Source: a virus
Length of the DNA stretch: 64,000 bases
Virus record (IMG/VR): IMGVR_UViG_3300045988_074841
Strand: one strand, 5' to 3'
The translations under genes and the position numbers were made by a program. Numbering within the stretch: the stretch's first letter is position 1; every line of letters starts with the position of its first letter. The notes under the pieces were generated by a model that was given only the letters and a program-made list of their open reading frames with translations, made no database searches and was not told the origin of the DNA. Shown in pieces: positions 38,801 through 47,800 of this stretch.

Positions 38801-41800
38801 CGTGAAGCTGATGGTAAACCTAAGTTTAATCCTAATAATGCTTTTGGATTAGATAAAGAATCTGCTCGTAGACTTTATGCTAATTATCAAACTAAAAAAG
38901 ATAAATATCTTGATTCTAATTATGGTTTAGTTGGAAATATGTTCCATAGTGATAAGTTCACTATTACTGATTATAAGACTGGTAAAATTCGTAATTATGG
39001 TCAAGAACTTCTTGATGATTATTTTGATAGTCTGTATAATGGTAGTAAAGGTGGCTTTATTCATTTTGGTTATGAGAATGGTAAGATTAAACTTAATCAT
39101 ACTAAAGACCAAGCTAAAGCTATTGATAACAAAATAGCAGAATTTATTAGTGATTATATTTATAGTTCTGCTATACGTATGGATGAATTTAAAAATCTTG
39201 ATGTAGCTGGACTTATTAATGATGATAATGTTGCTGACTTTGCTCTTAATTATCGTCTTGCTTATAATTATTTTGATGATTTATTTGAAGGTGATGATAA
39301 GTTTTATAAGTCTTCTCAAGACTTCTTGAAACGTGCTAAGGAAGGTCAAGCTAGTGGTACTCCTTATAGTACTTTCAATATTTATCAAGATGAGAATATG
39401 ATGTTGACAGACTTAAAGAAGATGAGTTATCTTAATAGTCAAGCTATTCAAGATAAACTTAATAGTCTTGGTCTTCATGTTACTCAACGTCCTGGTTTTG
39501 TTGGTATTACTATTAAGAATACTGTAAGAACTTCTCATGAAGCTTCTCAAAATGGTCCTGTTGTTCATGAACTTGCTCGTGTTTATATGAAACATGACCC
39601 TGAACTTACAGAAGATGAAGCTATTGCTAAAGCAAATAAGCATATGGAAGGTTATCAAAATACTACTGTAAACGATGCTCAATCTTATATTACTTTTGAA
39701 GAATGGATTCGTCGTGTTGCAGGTAGAGGTCAACTTAATAAATATATGCCTCTTATTGAGCGTATTATGGATAGAAGTAAACCTCTTAGAGTAGATGATA
39801 TTAAAACTTTTGTTCAAGTACAAAAGAACTTCTATTATGATATGACTTATAATGATAAGATTAATACTTATGCTCCTCGTCAAATTAAAAATGCTGAACT
39901 TGTTCTTGTACCTAGATTTATTGAAGGTACTGACCTTGAGAAAGTATACAATCTTATGAAAGACCATGGTATTGACCAACTTAATACAGAAGAGACTTCT
40001 AAAGCTGGTAAAGCTGGAGTTCTTACTTTATTTGATGAAGAAACTGGTGAAGTTACTGATACTCATATTCAAGATTTTAATAACCATGTAGAAGATTATA
40101 AAGAGACTTATTCTTATAATTTCCTTTATACTCAGCAAGAAACTCCTCAACACATGAATGCAGAAAATAAAGCTGCTATTCAAATTATGAAGAAGATTGT
40201 TGATAATATTCCTGATACTGGAACTATTGGAGAAGTTAAGAAAGAGTTTTTTAAACTTTATGTTGCTAATATTAAAGATAGTTTCAATAGTCTTGTTAAG
40301 GAACTTAATATTCCTACAAATGAAGATGGTTCTATTAAACTCGATGCTAATGGAAATATTGAAGGACTTGATATGAAACTGTTCTTCAATAAGCTTCGTA
40401 AAGAATGTCTTCGTCAAGGTCTTGATAGTAATATTCTAGAGTTCTTTACTCTTAATGAAGATAGTCCTTATACTGAACTTGGAAGAGCTAATACTGTTAT
40501 GCCTACATATATGACTAATATGATGAGTAAAGCTCAGAATGTTTGTCAGTCTATGTTTAATAATGCTATTACTCGTCAAAAGTTGCCTGGTTTTCATGCT
40601 GCTCAGGTAACTAATGTAGGTTATTCAAAGCATCTTCGTTATCATCCTGATGGTGGACGTTACATTGAAGTTCTTCTTCCTAAGAGCAACTTTGGTTTTG
40701 CTAAAAATGAAGATGGTACTTATAAAGAACCTGATGAAATTAGAGACAAAGATGGAAATCTTGTAGGTGGACTTCTTTATCAACTTCAAAGAGCTAAACT
40801 TGATACAATTATTGGTTATCGTATTCCTACTGAAGGTAAGCAATCTATATGTGCTATGAAAGTAGTTGGATTTACAGATGATGCTCAAGGTTCAACTATA
40901 GTTGTTCCTGATGATTGGGTTGCTCAAACTGGTTCTGACTTTGATATTGATTCTGTATATGGTATTCAACATAATACATATATAGATAAAGATGGAGATA
41001 TTCAAAAAGTTGCTTATAAAGAATCATTTGGTAAATTATATGACGATTATGTAAAAGAACAACTTAATGATGAAGCTAAAGATAAACTAGAAGAAGCTGT
41101 TAAAAATGGAGTTAACGAATCTACTGCTTTAGCTAATGCTGCACAAGAGGGTGGACTTCTTAGTCGTGAAGAATTTAGTAAAGCTAATAGTATTGAAGAA
41201 AAGAATAGTCGTCAAGCTCGTAACAATCGTATACTTGATGATATGCTTCGTATTCTTCAATCTGATGAAGCTTTTGAAGAGAATACTGGTCAATCTCAAT
41301 TTGAAGATATTATCAATGCACGTGATAATATTATGAATGATGTAGTTAAGAGTGTTCGTAATGGTCGTAGTTGTTATGATTTTATTGACCAAGCTGAATA
41401 TCAAGAAGATGTTATGAGTGGTGCTAAACTTAAAGCATTTAGTGTTACTCGTGATACCTTTGTTTCTATTTGCAACAAAGTTCAACCAACTATTGATAAA
41501 AATTATGCTATTAGTGCTAGATATAAAGCTACTCCAAAACAAGCTGAGGTTTTAGCTAAACGTTTTGGAGAAGATAATGTTATTTACAAAGATGGTTATG
41601 TTACAATTAGTCATACTATGATTGGTTGGTCACACGATAATCATAATGTAGATGATGCTATTCTTACTGCTTATAGTTCTGAGACTACAGCTCATATTCT
41701 TGATGCTGTAAAAAAAGGTGCTGTACCTAATGTAAATGAGTTTACTTTTGCAGTATATAAAACTTTCCCTGATGTAGGTAGTAATTATAAGACTGGTGTT

Positions 41801-44800
41801 GCATTTATGATGCACCCTGCTGTAACTCGTATAGTTAATGCTTATAATAAAGGTAAATCTGTTTATAGTGAAGATTCTGCTCAACCTATAGTTGATGCTC
41901 TTAAAGAAGTAGCTGAAGAACTCGATGTTGATAGTAGTTCTTTATATTCAGGTAAAATGGTAGTTGAAGCTATTAATGATAAACTTGGTACAAATTATAG
42001 TTTTATTAAAAACAACAATATTGTTCTTGATGAAGAGCAATTAGCTAGTGATGTAAAGAATGCAAACAATGTTTCTCTTGCTCGTGAAGTAGAGATTCTT
42101 ATGGCTTACAATGATATTAATCGTTTAGCTGATGTAATTCAGAAAACTGTAAGAGTTTGTAATCCTGATAAGTTTGGAGCTAAACAAACTATATTTGCTA
42201 CTAATGAAGTATTTGAAACTATTAAAGATATAATTAATAGTAAACAAGCTAAAGTACTTAGTAAGAATGATATTCCTTTCCTTGAAAGTATTTATCCTGG
42301 ACTTATTAAAGATGGTGTTGTAGATAAAGATAATTATGTAAAAGATACTCATGAATCTGCTTATCCTTCTCTTAATGCTTTCTTAAAGTATGCTTCAGTT
42401 ACTAGTACTGTAGTTAATAGCATGCTTTTTGAAACTCAAAATTCTGCTTTTGTAACTACTATTAAAGCTCTTAGTAAAATGCTTCCTACTCCTCGTAAAC
42501 TTACTGAGAAAGAATATAATGATTATGAGAAGTATGTTATTGGTGCTGCTTATAATAATGCTGACGGAATTAGATTAGGTTATACTATCAACTCTTCTAC
42601 GGGGCGTCTTGAATCAACTAAAACAAGTGATTTACAAGAGCGTCTTCGTATTTATGGATTTAGTGGTAGTCCAGTATTTCATTTTGATGTTGAAGATATT
42701 ACTGAACCAACTCAAGATGAAATTGATGCTTGGTCTAAACTTACTCCTGCTCAAAAAGTTGCTTGGTTACAAAGTAAAGCAGAAGATGGTGGTATATTTA
42801 GTAAACTTAAAGTTGACCTTCAAGATAATTATCGTGTTGGTAATAAAGAATGTGCTGCTCAATCTATTCGTTTTAATGATGATAATGTAGATACTGAAAC
42901 TGCTTACAATCTTTTTGAAACTGCTACTAAGAGTCAGAATCCTCTTGTTAAACTTGCAGCTATAGACCTTATTAAATATGCGTTTGTAGTTGAAGGTTTC
43001 AAGATGCGTCGTAATGGTATTAATAAGATTATTAAGAATAGTACTCTTCGTGATGATACTTTGTTTGCTAATCAAGATGGAGAACCTACTAGTCTTCTTA
43101 GTCAAATTGATGCTAATTTTAAGCATATTACTTATGATGATTATCGTGATGATTATTTAAGAAGTCATTCTGATAATGGTATGGTTCCAAAAAGAACTGT
43201 AAAGAAGAAAAGAGTAGGTAAAATTTGGGTTAATGAACTTAGTGCTCCTGATGGAGTTATAACTCTTAATGTTCCTTCTCGTAGAAATGATATTACAGAA
43301 GCAGATATTAATGATGAATTTGCTGCTACTAAAACTATTGCAGAAGAGACGGAAATCCGCCCCGTAGAAGATGTAGTAGATAATAAACTTCAAGTTGTTC
43401 AAGATAATACTACTGCTCCAGATGATACTAAACTTGCTGTTAAGTATGGTATTTATAATGCTTGGACTGATAGAGTTAATCCTTATGTAAAACTTACTTT
43501 TAAGAATCGTGGTGTTAATACTACGAATCTTTATAAGACTGTTCGTCATGGTGATATAATATTTGCTTATCCTGTTAGTATGCTTGAGGAAAACGAACAT
43601 GGTATTGTTTCTGTTAATCAAGCTAATAATACTCTTTATAGTGAGATGTATTATAGAACTATTATTGATAATAAACTTCAAGGTAATCAACTTACTAAAG
43701 AAGAAGCAGATAAACTTCGTAAAGAATACGCCAATGAACGAGCTATTTCTTCTAAAAGTAGAGTTAATACTGGTTTTGATATTAATAAAGATAGAACTAC
43801 TGGCGATATAGGTGGTGCTCGTGATGCTTATAGTAAAATTATTAATCTTATTAAGAATGATGCTAAAGGTATTCAAATTATAAACAATAGGTATCTTTAT
43901 AATCGTGTTAGTGAAGGATTTGGTAATTTCCAAATTATTCATGATGTAATTGATGGTAATGAAGTTACTAAGAAAATTGCTTTTGCTAAAGAAACAAAAG
44001 TAATATTTGATTCTGAAGGTAAAGTAATTCCTTATCCTGTTAAAGTTATTCAGATTATTCCTTCTACTAATGATAAAGAAAGTACATCTGTTGAATATAA
44101 TTTTGACATGTTTACTGATATTAATCGTAGAGCACATGAAGGTGATGTCAATGCTTATCGTGAAGTTCAGTTTATGAATAATAATGGTTTTGAGAATGTT
44201 AGTACTGATTATACAAATATGTCTCCTAAACTTTATGAAGCTATTGATAGATTCACTAGTGCTACAGCTAAGAAACTTATCAGTGATGCTGACCAATTCT
44301 ATAAAAAAGAAGATGGAACTTATGCTTCTATATTTGCTCCTGAAACTATAGAAATGATTCGTAATAATCCTAGTGAGCAAAGACGTTTTCAAAAGTTACT
44401 TCTTGATACAGATAGTATTATTAATAAATATGGTACTATATTTGATGTTGTAGTTGACGAAAATGAGAATCCTGAAGTAATTGATTTTATTAATCATATT
44501 AAGAAAACTATTGGAGATTTACGTAACAAACTTAATCTTAGTACTCTTAATGAAAGATTTGCTAGAGAAGTTGTTGCTAAATGGTCTAATGACCCTAATA
44601 TTCAAAATGGTTTAGTTGATATTTGTAATGGTTATCATGCTGTTACTTGGTGTGATGCTTGGATTGGAGATTTACAAGATACTGGTAATAGTCTTATTCA
44701 AAATATTAGCAAACATATAGTTGATGATATTAGTGCTAAAGATATGCAAGCTGCTAAAGATGCTCGTGAATTTGAAAAAGCTATTAAAGCTCTAGGTCAC

Positions 44801-47800
44801 ATAGATTGGGATAAACTTGTTGATAAGAACGGTAAACTTATTAGAGATTATACTGACAAATTTGTTGAAGATTTAGATACTCTTAGAAATAAAGTAGATG
44901 AAGCTCGTAAAGATGTCATTAATAATCCTATGGCTTATCTTAAAGCTAAGCATGAATATGATGCTTTCAAGCTTGCTCATCTTAATCAACAATTTAAGGA
45001 TGAGTATTATAAAGCTATGTATGATAATGATGATTACATGCTTAATACTGCTCCTACTATTTTTGCTGAATATACAAAACTTAGAGAGCAAATTAGAAAT
45101 ATTAATCGTCTTCGTATTAGTGGTGTTCTTAGTCCTGAAAATGAAGAAGAATATCGTAAACTTAGAAGAAGTATTAATCAACTTGAGTCTACAATAAATT
45201 TTGATGATGGTACTGAGAAACCTATTTATGATGAAACTAATCCTATTCCAGGTACTAAAGGTTTCGATGAAGAAGGTAAACCTATAATTGTAGATAAGGC
45301 TAAATATGATGAAGCTGTATTAAACTCTCAAGGAGCTGCTATGAAACTTAATCAATATCTCAAACGCAAACGTGATATTAATGAAGAATATAATGATACT
45401 CAAGTTAAGGATAGTTTTGAAGAAGAACTTGATAAGAGACTTGATATTATTAAGCGAGCTGAGAAACGTGATGCTTTTGGTAATAAACAAGTTTCTGATG
45501 AAGTTCTTGCTAATGACGAAAAGTATCAAAGAGCTAAAGAATGGCTTGAGCAAAATGCTACTTGGCATGTAGACCCTAAAGTTAGTGATGAAATTGCTGT
45601 AGCTTATGGTGTTCTTTCTAAAGGTAGAGTACAAAAGAATAATCAAATAACTTATAAGGCTAAACTTATCAAAATTAAACTTGCTAATGGTGAGAAAGTT
45701 TATGATAGTAAAGGTCGTATTCGTGGCGATATATTTACTGAAGAAGAACAAGAAGCTATAAGAAAAGATGAAGCTGGTCGTTATAATAATACTATTTATT
45801 CTGCTGGTAATGAACAAATATTAATTAATAATGCTCCTGAACAAAAGCAAGCTCTTCCTGCTGTAGTACAAAGAATGCTCACTTCTAATAGCAAAGAAGG
45901 TAAAGCTAACGTTGAATATCTTAAATTAGTTAATGAAATTAATGAAATTCTTCGTCCTTATTATGATACTACTAAGAAAGAAGTTAATACTATAACTGAT
46001 AGACATCAAATTAGTATTGAAGAACTTCATAAACTTGCTGATTTGTATGAGAAACTTCGTAATACAAAAAAGACTATAGTTAATGAAGATATACCTGGTA
46101 ATGGTTCTGCTGTTGGTAGTTTTATTCGTAAGTTTATGCATACTGAATATAGTTCTAAGTTTGATATTGAATACAGTAAAGCTAAAACTATTGGTGGTGA
46201 ATATCTTAAAGCTTGGGAAGATGCTAATATGGAATATGATTTTGAATATGATGAAAAAGGTCATATTGTTAAAGACTCAGATGGTAATTATGTATATGAT
46301 AAATCAGTTCGTCTTCCTAATCGTTTTCTTTATGGTACTCTTACTCTTAAAGATGAGTTCTATACTGGTATGAAGAATCAGAAAGTAGCTAAAGACTTGC
46401 GTAAAGAAGCAGAGATTAAAACTAAAGCTCTTGCTACTATTAACGAATATCTTGAAACTACTACAACTCCTTATTATAGTGATGCTATGGCTGAGGCTAG
46501 AGCTAAAGGTAAAGAAGAGTTTGATAAGTGGTTTACTCGTAATCATGTATGGAATGTTTATACTCATAAGTTTGACCCAATAGGTATTTGGCAAAAGACT
46601 AGTATTAAACCTAATTACGCTAATGGTACTTGGGCTGCTAATTATAATCAGTTAGATATTGTTCCTAAAGAAGAATATCGTAATCCTGATTATAAAGAGA
46701 ATACTACTCAAGCTGAGAATTTTAAACGTGGTATAAACGATGAAAAATATGTTAACAATGTAACTCTTAGTGACAATGAAAAACAAGCTAAGAAACTTAT
46801 TGAAACAACATTAGATAAGATTGTTAGAGATAAAACTAGTCGTCGTATTATTAGTCAAGGTTTTATTCCTATTACTGCAAAAGAAGCTGACCATGACTTT
46901 AAATGGTTTGGTAAACAAATAGCTGAATTTGCTGGTTGGAATGCTAATATTAGCTCTGTTGGTAAGAATAGTCTTCATGCTAATATGAATTATTCTACTG
47001 ATAAAACTCCAGTGCTTCCTATGATTGGTAGAGAATTTACTAATAAAAATAGTGAAGACATTAATAAAATTAAAGCTGCTGAGCCAAAGAGAGATCAATA
47101 TACTACTGATGAAGAGTATAATAAAGCTATGACTGAACATAAAGCTAGACTTGATGCTGCTGAAAAGAATAATAAAGCAATACATCAATCTCTTGTTAAT
47201 AGAGATTTTGTTTCTAGTATTAGTCAGTTTATTAGACTTGCTGGTCATCAAAATGCTGTTCAAGATAATAAGTATCTCTTCTATTATGGTCAAAATATGA
47301 TTAAAGCTACTCCTGTACTTGATGATAATATAGGTTTTAGTAATCTCAGAAAAGATATTAATAGAAGTACTACTGATGTTACTCGTTATGCTGAAAAGAC
47401 TTATGATGAAAGACTTTATGGTCAGTTTACTAATTGGGGTAATAGACTTATCTACGATAGATATAAACTTCCTAATAATAAACTTACCAAAGCTGCTAAT
47501 ATTGCACAAAGTCTTACTAGTGCTAAATTTATGATGTTAAATATTACTGGTGCTATTGGTAACGTTACTGTTGGTCGTAGTGGTATTTTTGCTGAACATA
47601 TAGCTAAAGCTTATTTTAGTACTTCTGCTTGGAATAAAGCTAAAACTATGTGGTATGGTGCTTCTTTATCTTTCCTAAGAGGAATGACTAGAGAAGATAG
47701 TACTAGTCTTGCTGATGCTATTGTTAAATTTATGAATGTTGTAGATTTCGATGAAGTACTTGGTAGACCTAGTGGTAGTTTTAAAGCTAGTGATGCCATT

